From Schmidtea nova (Eukaryota): a stretch of DNA of 64,000 bases. Below, piece by piece: positions 62,860 to 64,000 of the stretch. The position numbers and the translations under genes are program-made. The notes beneath the pieces were generated by a model that had not been told where the DNA came from, made no database searches, and saw only the letters and a program-made list of their open reading frames with translations. The first letter of the stretch is position 1; each line of letters starts with the position of its first letter. Location of the stretch: the NCBI GenBank assembly GCA_044892505.1, contig CM097882.1, forward strand, positions 1-64,000, given 5' to 3'.

Positions 62860-64000
62860 TAAGAACTTTTCCACTTCTTCAGTCACTCGATTCTTCTTTC
62901 TTTAGTTCCTTCTTGCTATATGGGCCATCATACAGCATACCATCCTTGAGCCTGTTCTGCGGTTCTTTGCGTACGAGTTCCTCCTCCCCCCTTCAAAAAC
63001 ACGAGTGCCTCTCTTTGCCTTATCCATAACTCTCATAGTGTCTGCGACTTTACTCGAGTTATATCTTGCGTCTTCTATCCATTCTCTTCTTGATATCTCT
63101 GCTTGTTTCAGGTTTGAATGTAAGTTAACACTCCGTCCATAAATGATCTGAAATGGTGATAGACCTGTAGCACTCTGTCGACTGCTATTTATACTGAACT
63201 CTATTCTAGGTAGAAGTTCGTGCCAGTTTCTCTCTTCACACCCACCTGCCAAAATCGCTGTAATAAGATCTCTTATCGTTCGTATGGCTCGTTCGGCTAA
63301 TCCATTTGATTGATGCTGGTAAGGTGAGCTGAATTCCTGTTTGATTCCAAGTTTCTGTAGTCTCTGTCTTAAAATATTCCCTTAAAAATTGCGTCCTCTG
63401 TATGTTAAAATGCTCTTTGGTTTTCCGAATCGATATATCCAACTGTTAAGTATCGTTTTGAAAATTGTCCCTTCGTCTTGCTTCGTGATTGCGGTCAAAG
63501 AAATAAATTTACTAAACCGGTCCACCATTACTAGCATATATTTTAAATGGTGTTTTTATCCATGTAGGCCACATCCATAACAATCTGTTTTAGGAATTCA
63601 GAACTAAATCTAGGGATAAATATTTCCTTGGTTCTTGTCTGATCGATCTTTCTCTTAGAGCAGATATGGCAACATCGTAAACAGAGCTGAATTGTTTCTT
63701 GCATCTTCGACCAGTAAAATATCTTTTCCATATAATGGAATAGTTTCTTAACTCGAATATGACATAATTCTTCATGTAGGGTTGCTGTTAATAAGCCCGC
63801 GAAGGTTTCTGGAAATAACATTAAAATATTTTTGTTCTTTTCTACTGTTATTAATCCTCCATCAATTCGTGTATTTTTTACGTTAAAAGGGAAACAATAC
63901 TTTTTTTCCGTGCGCATCCATTTTCTAATATCTCTTGTAACTCTTGAAACCTAACGTCCTTATGCTGTTGCTCCAATACTTTTTCCATAGCTTCTGTTCT
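62860..64000 (-). mobile_element. Gypsy/Ty3 integrase, degenerate, running off the window end
   Basis: HEELCH...CLRCCHIC, MDVAYM, VDRFSK, SPYQHQSNGLAERAIRT, GLSPFQIIYGR. Frameshifts; the second catalytic D appears as Y. Confidence 0.92.

Overview
Very AT-rich eukaryotic genomic DNA, most likely an invertebrate animal (inferred from a class A GPCR plus Penelope, Polinton, R2, Gypsy, hAT, piggyBac and Mutator content). It is a transposon-dense scaffold with three N gaps (2394-2552, 34720-34969, 45137-45636). Main contents: (1) a full-length protein-primed DNA polymerase B gene of Polinton/Maverick type (4869-8606, one in-frame stop), whose 5' end and upstream region are mirrored in a >=2.4 kb inverted duplication around the first gap; three Polinton-like termini (...CCCCTACT) and a packaging-ATPase relic are also present. 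(2) Several Penelope-like elements (PLEs), and a foldback repeat family derived from a PLE 3' end that carries putative minimal hammerhead ribozymes with a U3:A8 core variant. (3) A 5'-truncated R2-clade retrotransposon followed by a duplicated, apparently structured RNA module. (4) Nested Gypsy elements and LTRs, a complete but decayed hAT transposon, and MITEs. (5) One intact single-exon GPCR and decayed 5' fragments of PSME4, PSMD3 and eEF2. A 7.9 kb tandem duplication across the third gap is probably an assembly artefact. All protein and RNA calls come from motif recognition by eye; no database searches or folding programs were run.
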